Origin: Eledone cirrhosa
Lineage: Eukaryota
Length of the DNA: 64,000 nt
Assembly (NCBI GenBank): GCA_964016885.1
Contig: OZ024759.1
Location: 17,298,001 to 17,362,000, forward strand
Direction of reading: 5' to 3'
A model generated the notes under the pieces. It was not told the DNA's origin and ran no database searches. It saw nothing but the letters and a program-made list of their open reading frames with translations. A program made the translations under genes and the position numbers. This document shows positions 38,201 through 51,640 of the stretch, one piece after another (the first letter of the stretch is position 1; each line of letters starts with the position of its first letter).

Positions 38201-41200
38201 ATGATGTATTTCTGAAACAAGTAAATAGTTGAGGTCGAACAGATGTTTGTCTTGCGGGCCATCTTTAAATAAAAATATTTTCTTGTCAACATATACATAT
38301 AAAATATAATTTAGAACGTGTGCGAGAGGCGACATTTCTCAAATATCGTGTCCACAAGACTGTCAGTTAAAAGGCTTGGTTAGATGTGGTTCTGCCACAG
38401 CTGAACACATTGCTCTCTTTTCTCATTAAACTCTGCCGAGTCAGTCCAATGTTATGGAGGGGTCTTCCAACAGGGGGTATATCTGAAGGTGCTGCGTAGT
38501 CTGTGGTTCGATACCACAGTCATACACAACGCTCCCGTCCTTTAAATATCCCCATTTTACAAGATTTAACTTTAACACATCCAACACCAGATCTTAGGCT
38601 GTTGAGGCATCCCCACACTGCACAGTTTCTATCTGCTACGGGGGGCAGTTCATCGCTCGCCTTTAGCTCCATTGTTGTTACAGATGGAAGGTTAATAGAT
38701 CGACCGTAGTTATTACTTTGGACATACTGCTACTTTTCTTGTCACCGTTAACTGTACAAGTGTCACAACAGACAGTAAACATAACAGAATTGTTTTAATA
38801 ATATACAGGCCACCACCATCGCCAGACCACTGGTACATGTCTGGACAATGTGTGGGAGGGCTCTCCCAGTTACAGAACCACAGGTGCAAGCCTTCTCATT
38901 GTTTCAAGCGATAGGATGGAGAATGTAGTACCTCGTGGGATAACGAGAAGGACCTGTTGAAATAGTCATTCCAACTCGTAGGACTGATGTCTGCGGGTGG
39001 CCAACACTCTATATAAACTTTATTTGAAACCAAGTTGGCTTGGGTAACCGCGAAATGTTTTTTTGTCCTATGTTTCCTGTTCAAAGTTGATCTGAGACTA
39101 AACAACGAGGAGAAATCTACATGGCAACTTAAAATCATCAAACTTCATGGTATCTTCTTGAAATAAAAGGACATAGTGGATAATTTCGTTCTATATACAC
39201 TATTTGTTGTTACTATTTTCTTTTCTGTCTTCAGGTGATGACAATTAAGCCACAAGTGGTCATTATATGTATTTTGTTAGCCGTTGTCCTTCTGCATGTT
39301 GCTATCTCTGCTAAAATATTACTCTTCTATCTTGAAAAACTAGGACAAATTGGATTATGTAGTTCTATGTAAGCTATGTCTGAAAATAAGGAGACTTGGC
39401 TATCACTGAAATGTTTCATATCGTATTTCTCCTCTATCAGGGCTGACCTGGGACTAAACATCAGTTATCTATTGTATATGTATTTCTATCGAACAGCGAA
39501 TGAGGTATCTACCAGGTCACTGGAATTTGAGGATATAGCAGCCAAACTTTCCTCAAATTACACCTGAAGTCTTGAAATAAAAAGAACATATATGAGGTAT
39601 TGTGGTTCTATATTTACTAAATCAGAAAAAATAAGACAGGATAATAACGAAACAAATACGGCAATACAACTTTGTTTACATCTTTAGTTGTCAAGTTAGC
39701 CACCAGAGGTCACTACATGGATTATATTGTCAACTGTCTTATAACAAGTTGAATTTTTCTGCTAGAAAGAACAACCAAATAGCATTAAAAAATCCTAGGT
39801 CAAAGAGTTATCTTTCTTGATGTTATGTTTTCATAATGATGATCCAGCCACCAGAGGTCACGACATGTATTTTATCGTCAGTTGTCCTATAACAGGTTAT
39901 TATAGTTAGAAATAACAACTAAATCCACATCAAATTACATGGTACTATCTTGAAAAATAACAACACATTGGATGATGTATTTCTGAAACAAGTAAATAGT
40001 TGAGGTCGAACAGATGTTTGTCTTGCGGGCCATCTTTAAATAAAAATATTTTCTTGTCAACATATACATATAAAATATAATTTAGAACGTGTGCGAGAGG
40101 CGACATTTCTCAAATATCGTGTCCACAAGAGTGTCAGTTAAAAGGCTTGGCTAGATGTGGTTCTGCCACAGCTGAACACATTGCTCTCTTTTCTCATTAA
40201 ACTCTGCCGAGTCAGTCCAATGTTATGGAGGGGTCTTCCAACAGGGGGTATATCAGAAGGTGCTGCGTAGTCTGTGGTTCGATGCCACGGTCATACACAA
40301 CATTCCCGTCTTTTAAATATCCCCATTTTACAAGATTAACTTTAACACATCCAACACCAGATCTTAGTCTGTTGAGGCATCCCCACACTGAACAGTTTGT
40401 ATCTGCTACGGGGGGCAGTTCATCGCTCGCCTTTAGCTCCATTGTTGCTACAGATGGGAGGTTAATAGATCCGACAGTAGTTATTACTTTGGACATATTC
40501 ATATTTGTCTATCAATGCTTTTCTTGTCGCCGTTAACTGTACAAGTGTCACAACAGACAGTAAACATAACAGAATTGTTTTAATAAAACTTAGAATAATA
40601 TACAGACCACCACCATCGCCAGACCACTGGTACATGTCTGGACAATGTGTGGGAGGGCTCTCCCAGTTACAGAACCACAGGTGCAAGCCTTCTCATTATT
40701 TCAAGCGATAGGATGGAGAATGTATTACCTCGTGGGATAACGAGGAGGACCTGTTGAAATAGTCATTCCAACTCTTAGGACTGATGTCTGCGGGTGGCCA
40801 ACACTCTATATAAACTTTATTTGAAACCAAGTTGGCTTGGGTAACCGCGAAATGTTTTTTTGTCCTATGTTTCCTGTTCGAAGTTGATCTGAGACTAAAC
40901 AACGAGGAGAAATCTACATGGCAACTTAAAATCATCAAACTTCATGGTATCTTCTTGAAATAAAAGGACATAGTGGATAATTTCGTTCTATATACACTAT
41001 GTGTTGTTACTATTTTCTTTTCTATATTCAGGTGATGACAATTAAGCCACAACTGGTCATTATTTGTATTTTGTTACACGTTGTCCTTCTGCATGTTGCT
41101 ATCTCTGCTAAAATATTACTCTTCTATCTTGAAAAACTAGGACAAATTGGATTATGTAGTTCTATGTAAGCTATGTCTGAAAATAAGGAGACTTGGGTAT

Positions 41201-44200
41201 CACTGAAATGTTTCATATCGTATTTCTCCTCTATCAGGGCTGACCTGGGACTAAACATCAGTTATCTATTGTATATGTATTTCTATCGAACAGCGAATGA
41301 GGTATCTACCAGGTCACTGGAATTTGAGGATATAGCAGCCAAACTTTCCCCAAATTACACCTGAAGTCTGGAAATAAAAAGAACATATATGAGGTATTGT
41401 GGTTCTATATTTACTAAGTCAGAAAAAATAAGACAGGATAATAACGAAACAAATACGGCAATACATCTTTGTTTACATCTTTAGTTGTCAAGTTAGCCAC
41501 CAGAGGTCACTACATGGATTTTATTGTCCACTGTCTTATAACAAGTTGAATTTTTCTGCTAGAAAGAACAACCAAATAGCATTAAAAAATCCTAGGTCAA
41601 AGAGTTATCTTTCTTGATGTTATGTTTTCATAATGATGATCCAGCCACCAGAGGTCATGACATGTATTTTATTGTCAGTTGTCCTATAACAGGTTATTAT
41701 AGTTAGAAATAACAACTAAATCCACATCAAATTACATGGTACTATCTTGAAAAATAACAACACATTGGATGATGTATTTCTGAAACATGTGAATAGTTGA
41801 GGTCGAACAGATGTTTGTCTTGAGCGTTATCCTTTAAATAAAAATATTTTCTTGACAACATATACATATAAAATATAATTTGGAACGTGTGCGAGTGGCG
41901 ACATTTCTCAGATATCGTGTCCACAAGACTGTCAGTTAAAAAGCTTGGCTAGATGTGGTTCTGCCACAGCTGAACACATTGCTCTCTTTTCTCATTAAAC
42001 TCTGCCAAGTCAGTCCAATGTTGTGGAGGTATATCCAAACAGGGGGTATATCAAAAGGTGCTGCGTAGTCTGTGGTTCGATGCCACAGACACACAGAACG
42101 TTCCCATCCTTTAAATATCCCCATTTTACAAGATTTCACACATCCAACTCCAGATCTTAGTCTGTTGAGGCATCCCCACACTGAACAGTTTGTATCTGCT
42201 ACGGGGGGCAGTTCCTCGCTCGCCTTTAGCTCCATTGTTGCTACAGATGGGAGGTTAATAGATCCGACAGTAGTTATTACTTTGGACATATTCATACTTG
42301 TCTACCAATGCTTTTCTTGTCGCCGTTAACTGTACAAGTGTCACAACAGACAGTAAACATAACAGAATTGTTTTAATAAAACTTTGAATAATATACAGAC
42401 CACCACCATCGCCAGACCACTGGTACATGTCTGGACAATGTGTGGGAGGGCTCTCCCAGTTACAGAACCACAGGTGCAAGCCTTCTCATTGTTTCAAGCG
42501 ATAGGATGGAGAATGTAGTACCTCGTGGGATAACGAGAAGGACCTGTTGAAATAGTCATTCCAACTCTCAGGACTGATGTCTGCGGGTGGCCAACACTCT
42601 ATATAAACTTTATTTGAAACCAAGTTGGCTTGGGTAATCGCGAAATGTTTTTTTGTCCTATGTTTCCTGTTCAAAGTTGATCTGAGACTAAACAACGAGG
42701 AGAAATCTACCTGGCAACTTAAAATCATCAAACCTCATGGTATCTTCTTGAAATAAAAGAACATAGTGGATAATTTCGTTCTATATACAATATGTGTTGT
42801 TACTATTTTCTTTTCTATATTCAGGTGATGACAATTAAGCCACAAGTGGTCATTATATGTATTTTGTTAGCCGTTGTCCTTCTGCATGTTGCTATCTCTG
42901 CTAAAATATTACTCTTCTATCTTGAAAAACTAGGACAAATTGGATTATGTAGTTCTATGTAAGCTATGTCGGAAAATAAGGAGACTTGGGTATCACTGAA
43001 ATGTTTCATATCGTATTTCTCCTCTATCAGGGCTGACCTGGGACTAAACATCAGTTATCTATTGTATATGTATTTCTATCGAACAGCGAATGAGGTATCT
43101 ATCAGGTCACTGGAATTTGAGGATATAGCAGCCAAACTTTCCTCAAATTACACCTGAAGTCTTGAAATAAAAAGAACATATATGAGGTATTGTGGTTCTA
43201 TATTTACTAAGTCAGAAAAAATAAGACAGGATAATAACGAAACAAATACGGCAATACATCTTTAGTTGTCAAGTTAGCCACAAGAGGTCACTACATGGAT
43301 TTTATTGTCAACTGTCCTATAACAAGTTGAATTTTTCTGCTAGAAAGAACAACCAAATAGCATTAAAAAATCCTAGGTCAAAGAGTTATCTTTCTTGATG
43401 TTATGTTTTCATAATGATGATCCAGCCACCAGAGGTCACGACATGTATTTTATTGTCAGTTGTCCAATAACAGGTTATTATAGTTAGAAATAACAACTAA
43501 ATCCACATCAAATTACATGGTACTATCTTGAAAAATAACAACACATTGGATGATGTATTTCTGAAACAAGTAAATAGTTGAGGTCGAACAGATGTTTGTC
43601 TTGCGGGCCATCTTTAAATAAAAATATTTTCTTGTCAACATATACATATAAAATATAATTTAGAACGTGTGCGAGAGGCGACATTTCTCAAATATCGTGT
43701 CCACAAGACTGTCAGTTAAAAGGCTTGGTTAGATGTGGTTCTGCCACAGCTGAACACATTGCTCTCTTTTCTCATTAAACTCTGCCGAGTCAGTCCAATG
43801 TTATGGAGGGGTCTTCCAACAGGGGGTATATCTGAAGGTGCTGCGTAGTCTGTGGTTCGATACCACAGTCATACACAACGCTCCCGTCCTTTAAATATCC
43901 CCATTTTACAAGATTTAACTTTAACACATCCAACACCAGATCTTAGGCTGTTGAGGCATCCCCACACTGCACAGTTTCTATCTGCTACGGGGGGCAGTTC
44001 ATCGCTCGCCTTTAGCTCCATTGTTGTTACAGATGGAAGGTTAATAGATCGACCGTAGTTATTACTTTGGACATACTGCTACTTTTCTTGTCACCGTTAA
44101 CTGTACAAGTGTCACAACAGACAGTAAACATAACAGAATTGTTTTAATAATATACAGGCCACCACCATCGCCAGACCACTGGTACATGTCTGGACAATGT

Positions 44201-47200
44201 GTGGGAGGGCTCTCCCAGTTACAGAACCACAGGTGCAAGCCTTCTCATTGTTTCAAGCGATAGGATGGAGAATGTAGTACCTCGTGGGATAACGAGAAGG
44301 ACCTGTTGAAATAGTCATTCCAACTCGTAGGACTGATGTCTGCGGGTGGCCAACACTCTATATAAACTTTATTTGAAACCAAGTTGGCTTGGGTAACCGC
44401 GAAATGTTTTTTTGTCCTATGTTTCCTGTTCAAAGTTGATCTGAGACTAAACAACGAGGAGAAATCTACATGGCAACTTAAAATCATCAAACTTCATGGT
44501 ATCTTCTTGAAATAAAAGGACATAGTGGATAATTTCGTTCTATATACACTATTTGTTGTTACTATTTTCTTTTCTGTCTTCAGGTGATGACAATTAAGCC
44601 ACAAGTGGTCATTATATGTATTTTGTTAGCCGTTGTCCTTCTGCATGTTGCTATCTCTGCTAAAATATTACTCTTCTATCTTGAAAAACTAGGACAAATT
44701 GGATTATGTAGTTCTATGTAAGCTATGTCTGAAAATAAGGAGACTTGGCTATCACTGAAATGTTTCATATCGTATTTCTCCTCTATCAGGGCTGACCTGG
44801 GACTAAACATCAGTTATCTATTGTATATGTATTTCTATCGAACAGCGAATGAGGTATCTACCAGGTCACTGGAATTTGAGGATATAGCAGCCAAACTTTC
44901 CTCAAATTACACCTGAAGTCTTGAAATAAAAAGAACATATATGAGGTATTGTGGTTCTATATTTACTAAATCAGAAAAAATAAGACAGGATAATAACGAA
45001 ACAAATACGGCAATACAACTTTGTTTACATCTTTAGTTGTCAAGTTAGCCACCAGAGGTCACTACATGGATTATATTGTCAACTGTCTTATAACAAGTTG
45101 AATTTTTCTGCTAGAAAGAACAACCAAATAGCATTAAAAAATCCTAGGTCAAAGAGTTATCTTTCTTGATGTTATGTTTTCATAATGATGATCCAGCCAC
45201 CAGAGGTCACGACATGTATTTTATCGTCAGTTGTCCTATAACAGGTTATTATAGTTAGAAATAACAACTAAATCCACATCAAATTACATGGTACTATCTT
45301 GAAAAATAACAACACATTGGATGATGTATTTCTGAAACAAGTAAATAGTTGAGGTCGAACAGATGTTTGTCTTGCGGGCCATCTTTAAATAAAAATATTT
45401 TCTTGTCAACATATACATATAAAATATAATTTAGAACGTGTGCGAGAGGCGACATTTCTCAAATATCGTGTCCACAAGAGTGTCAGTTAAAAGGCTTGGC
45501 TAGATGTGGTTCTGCCACAGCTGAACACATTGCTCTCTTTTCTCATTAAACTCTGCCGAGTCAGTCCAATGTTATGGAGGGGTCTTCCAACAGGGGGTAT
45601 ATCAGAAGGTGCTGCGTAGTCTGTGGTTCGATGCCACGGTCATACACAACATTCCCGTCTTTTAAATATCCCCATTTTACAAGATTAACTTTAACACATC
45701 CAACACCAGATCTTAGTCTGTTGAGGCATCCCCACACTGAACAGTTTGTATCTGCTACGGGGGGCAGTTCATCGCTCGCCTTTAGCTCCATTGTTGCTAC
45801 AGATGGGAGGTTAATAGATCCGACAGTAGTTATTACTTTGGACATATTCATATTTGTCTATCAATGCTTTTCTTGTCGCCGTTAACTGTACAAGTGTCAC
45901 AACAGACAGTAAACATAACAGAATTGTTTTAATAAAACTTAGAATAATATACAGACCACCACCATCGCCAGACCACTGGTACATGTCTGGACAATGTGTG
46001 GGAGGGCTCTCCCAGTTACAGAACCACAGGTGCAAGCCTTCTCATTATTTCAAGCGATAGGATGGAGAATGTATTACCTCGTGGGATAACGAGGAGGACC
46101 TGTTGAAATAGTCATTCCAACTCTTAGGACTGATGTCTGCGGGTGGCCAACACTCTATATAAACTTTATTTGAAACCAAGTTGGCTTGGGTAACCGCGAA
46201 ATGTTTTTTTGTCCTATGTTTCCTGTTCGAAGTTGATCTGAGACTAAACAACGAGGAGAAATCTACATGGCAACTTAAAATCATCAAACTTCATGGTATC
46301 TTCTTGAAATAAAAGGACATAGTGGATAATTTCGTTCTATATACACTATGTGTTGTTACTATTTTCTTTTCTATATTCAGGTGATGACAATTAAGCCACA
46401 ACTGGTCATTATTTGTATTTTGTTACACGTTGTCCTTCTGCATGTTGCTATCTCTGCTAAAATATTACTCTTCTATCTTGAAAAACTAGGACAAATTGGA
46501 TTATGTAGTTCTATGTAAGCTATGTCTGAAAATAAGGAGACTTGGGTATCACTGAAATGTTTCATATCGTATTTCTCCTCTATCAGGGCTGACCTGGGAC
46601 TAAACATCAGTTATCTATTGTATATGTATTTCTATCGAACAGCGAATGAGGTATCTACCAGGTCACTGGAATTTGAGGATATAGCAGCCAAACTTTCCCC
46701 AAATTACACCTGAAGTCTGGAAATAAAAAGAACATATATGAGGTATTGTGGTTCTATATTTACTAAGTCAGAAAAAATAAGACAGGATAATAACGAAACA
46801 AATACGGCAATACATCTTTGTTTACATCTTTAGTTGTCAAGTTAGCCACCAGAGGTCACTACATGGATTTTATTGTCCACTGTCTTATAACAAGTTGAAT
46901 TTTTCTGCTAGAAAGAACAACCAAATAGCATTAAAAAATCCTAGGTCAAAGAGTTATCTTTCTTGATGTTATGTTTTCATAATGATGATCCAGCCACCAG
47001 AGGTCACGACATGTAATTTATTGTCAGTTGTCCTTGAAAAATAACAACACATTGGCTGATGTATTTCTGAAACAGGTCAATAGTTGAGTTCGTATTTGTC
47101 TTGAGGGTTATCCTTTAAATAAAAATATTTTCTTGACAACATATACTATACATATAAAATATGAATGAGTATTCTCTGCGAGAGGTAACATTTCTCAAAT

Positions 47201-49620
47201 AATGGATAGATCGACAGTAGTTATTGCTTTGGACATATTCATAGTTTTCCATCAATACTTTTCTTGTCATCATCAACTGTACATGGGTCACAGCCCGCGG
47301 TAAACAAAAGTATTCTTTAAATAAAACTCAGATCACCACCATCGCTAGCCCAGTGGTACATATCTGGACAATGTGTGGGAAATCTCCCCGTGGTACAGAA
47401 ACCCAGGTGCAAGCCTTCTCGTTGTTTCAAGGGACAGAATGGAGAATCTATTACCCCGTGGGATAACGAGGAGGACGTGTTGAAATAGTCATTCAAACTC
47501 GCAAGACTGATGATATCTGCGGGTGGCCAACACCCTATATAAACTTTATTTGAAACCAAGGTGGTTTGGGTAACAGTGAAATATTTTAGTCGTATGTTCC
47601 CCCTATTAGAGTTGACCCGAGACTAAACAACGAGGAGACATCTACTTGGTCACTTCAATTGGAAGAAGGGACTGCGACTTCATGGTATCTTCATGAAATT
47701 GAAAGGATATATTGGATAATTTCATTCTATATACACTTCGTGGTTTTTATTTTGTCTTCAGATTATGACAATTAGGCCACAAGTGGTCATTATATGTATT
47801 TTCTTGGCCGTCGTCCTTTCACTCGTTGCTCTTTATACGAGAAATAGTAGCTAAATAAACTTCATATTGCACTCTACTATCTTGAAAAACAAGGACCCTT
47901 TAGATGATGCAGATTTATGTAAGTTAAATGTTTTATATCGTATATCTGTCTCCTCAATCAGGGCCGACCTGGTACTAAACATCAGCTATCTATTGTGTGA
48001 GGCATCTACTTGGTCACTGAAATTAGAAGAAATAGCTGCCAAATCTTCTTCAAATTACATCTTAAATCTTGAAATAAAGAAAACATGAGAAAATATCGTT
48101 TTGTATTTACTAAGTCAGAAGGAAAATAAGACAAAACAAATACGCCAAAATATTTTTGTTTACATCTTTAGGTGAGAAGTTAGCCACCAGAGGTCACTAC
48201 ATGTATTTTATTGTCAGTTGTCCTATAACAGGTTGACTTCGATGTTAGAAATAACAGCTACAATCAAATCACATTACATCCTACTATCTTGAATAAGAAA
48301 GACACATCGGATGATGTTTTTCTGAAACAGGTCAATAGTTGAGGTCAAACAGATATTGGTATTGTGGACTATCTTTAAATATAAATATTTTCATGACTAC
48401 AATATAAGTATAAAATATGAGTATTGTCTGGAAGATCTACTTATGGATAGATCAACAGTAGTTATTGCTTGGGACATCTTCATGTTCCATTAATAATTTT
48501 CGTTTCATAACAAAATTGTTTAAATAAAACTGAGAATAATATACAGATCCCCACCATCACTACCCCAGTGTTACATATCTGTAATTGAACCCTAGGTGTA
48601 AATTGTCTCGTAGTCCCAGCAAACTGAATTCGTAATGTGTTACCCTACATAAGCTTTATCTGAACACAAAGTGACTTGGGTAACAATGAAATGTTTGTTT
48701 CCTCCATCACAGTTGTTCTGGGACAAAATAACGATGAGACATCTACCTGGTCACTTAAATTGGAAGAAATAACAGCAAGATCTTCCACAAATTAAACTGT
48801 ATTTTCTTGAAATGAAGAGAACATATTGGATAATTCTAATCTATACGCAATGTTTGAGGTTTTTTGTTATTTATTATTTATTTATTTATCTTCAGGTGAT
48901 AACAATTGAGCCACTAGTGGTCACTTTATATATTTTGTTAGCCGTTATACTTTAGCTTGTTGCCCTCTCTGCTAGAAGTAGTAGCTAAATTCAAATTAAA
49001 CCCTACTATCTTGAAAAACTGAGACACATTGGTTGATGTAGTTCTATGTTAGCTATGTGTGAAAATAACGAGGCTTGGTCATCACTGAAATGTTTTATAT
49101 CGTATATCTCCTCAATCAGGGCTGATCTGGGACTAAACATCAGCTATCTATTCGTATATGTATTTTTATCGAATAGCGAGAGAGGTCACTGAAATTGGAA
49201 GAAATACCAGTTAAATTTTCCTCAAATTTACCCCTTAAGTCTTGAGATAAAGAGAACATAGGAAATAAAGTGGTTCTATATTTACTAAGTCTGAAAATAA
49301 ATAAGACAGGATAATAACGAAACAAATTCGTTAAAATATTTGTTTACATCTTTAGGTATCAAGTTAGCCACCAGAGGTCACTACATGTATTTTATTGTCA
49401 ACTGTCCTATAACAAGTTGAATTTATCTGCTAGAAACAACAACCAAATAGCATAAAGAAATCCTAGGTCAAAGAGTTATCTTTCTTGATGTTATCTTTTC
49501 ATCATAATTCAGCCACCAGAGGTCACTACATGTATTTTATTGTCAGTTGTCCTATAACAGGTTGCTCCCTTTGCCAGAAACAGTAGCCAATTTCATTTCG
49601 TATTACATCCTACTATCTGG
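32280..49620 (-). repeat. Right arm of the same macrosatellite in inverted orientation: ~8 units with degenerate margins
   Basis: Reverse-complement copies; unit marker at 34048, 35812, 37605, 39376, 41173, 42966, 44725, 46522 (spacing 1759-1797). Confidence 0.95.
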
Positions 49621-51082
49621 AAATAAATTAAGCACACAACGCACCAGGCTAATCAAGTCTTACCCATTATGCGGGAATTTCCACTATCTGCCTTTCATTA
49701 CGCATTTTACCGTACATTTTAGCATTGTAGATCTACCAGGAGTTGTGACTGATAGTTTTTTTTTTTCCTTTTTTTGTTGAAAAAATGTTTTTTACAGTAG
49801 AATAACGTTGCAAATATGTTTTAAATATATACATAAATAACATTAAAAAATGCGTAAATAACATTATAAATGACACAAAAATATAAAATCATGAACAAAA
49901 AGGATCTGCAATGTATAATAGTAAGAAATAGGTAGGGTTAGAGAGACGGCGGCGGTGACAGTGCGTGTTCGGACCTGGTATACGTGTGTGCGTGTGTATG
50001 TTTACTTCTATTCAGTGAATAATTAATTGTATATATATATTGTACGAAAACTTTGTTTTAATGTAAACATTGTTTCCTTGGTTCGATTTAACGAGTTCCA
50101 TCGTTCTCGTTAAGCGAATGAGGTCTGAGATGTTATCGATCGATTCTACCCATGTTTATGTTAATTTACTGTCACTCCGTATTTTTTTTAATTTCAAGAA
50201 GTCTTCTTAAATTGCTTTAAACTACGAATGTCAGGTGAAGGGCATAAAGTTAGTACATCGTATTTTTTATTATTATCAATTAACATCGTAAGTCTCATAG
50301 TAATATTTTAGTACATTTTAAAAACCTAAGTAAATAAAAATAAATTTAATTTTCTTTCCGACTTATGTTATTTTATATGAAGTACCAGTAAGTGCTATTG
50401 TTACCTTAGAAAAGAGTTGCCCTTATTGGTGTAGAAGCGATCACCATCGTGTTTATAATTGCGGAGATGTTCGAGGTTTAATTTAAGGGCCACTAGAACT
50501 CCACTAGCCAATAAAACAATTATAAGGCCTTATAAGATGCAGAGTAATTTTTTGGGAAAAAAATACGTCTTATACGCCGTCAAATATAGTACTTTACTGA
50601 AGATAAACATTTAAATCACAGATGTCTTTTGGTATCATGGAAAAACGTTTTTCTTTTGAAAGTAAGAGGGTCATCTAAAAAGTTCATAGGCTGTCTATGA
50701 AGTAGTGATGCTAGGGCTGTGAAATCTTGCATGCATTAGTTTCAACTATTCTTACTAATAACTGGAATATTTCTTTCGAAGGTCTATGTTGAAAAATAAA
50801 CCTCATTTGATCATTCCACGAGAATATCTTTGTCAGCCTATAGAGTGATGCTAGAGCTGAGAAATCTTGCATGCATTAATGGTAATAAAAATTTTCGAAA
50901 TAAAATTTAAATTTAAAAAATTACAAATTAATTTTGTTAAAATACTTTATTTGATAAAAAATAAAATAAAAATACAAATACTATTCACAAATGCTTCCTC
51001 ACCAATCTATTTTCTGGAGAACCAGTTACAGCTTGCAGCCAGAAAGAACCAAAGAACCAACTTTTTAACTAGGATTTCTTGT

Positions 51083-51226
<144 letters not shown>

Positions 51227-51254
51227 TCATTGATTATTAATAATAGCAATAATA

Positions 51255-51640
51255 ATAAAGACCACAAAGAAAAAAAATGTCTTCTAATAGATGTATCAAT
51301 TCCCACAGACGACAGTGTATCTGCCAAGGAAATAGAGAAACTCTCCAAATGTAAAGATCTAGAGATAGAAATAACTCGAATGTGGAAAATGAAAACAGAA
51401 ACAATACTTATAATAATAGGTGCTCTGGAAATGATAAAAAACACAGACAAATACATAACCAAAACCCCAGGACTTATAAATATATATAATATCAAAAGAT
51501 AGCACTACTAGGCACTGCACACATGAAAAGTACTATCAATACAATAGAAACAACAGCAAAAACTACACTGCTTATACCCAAGGCACACAGAGCTGTGCTT
51601 GGTAAAGCAGTAATGATGCACAATAATAATAATAATAAAC
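51255..51640 (+). mobile_element. R4/Dong-type LINE 3' fragment (restriction-like endonuclease end) in the last POLR2B intron
   Basis: KCLLIDVSIPTDDSVSAKEIEKLSKCKDLEIEITRMWKMKTETILIIIGALEMI; flanked by (TAA)n at both ends. Confidence 0.8.

Noticed and set aside
17829-46713. Recurrent 60-120 aa ORFs (MSENKETW..., MHLWFC..., MNMSKVIT...) as a tandem multigene family
   Set aside because: Starts, stops and frames vary between units, many use non-ATG starts, and they overlap decayed SINE/LINE sequence
16200-49620. CRISPR-like array, or tandem rDNA/5S/snRNA/histone cluster
   Set aside because: Eukaryotic context; inter-motif sequences are homologous rather than unique spacers; no recognisable rRNA, snRNA, tRNA or histone sequence in the unit (an Rfam scan would be the formal test)
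49664-49670. ATG-G|GTAAGA as an alternative first coding exon of HPSE
   Set aside because: Phase 1 does not match HPSE exon 2 (phase 2), and HPSE already has a signal-peptide exon at 14808
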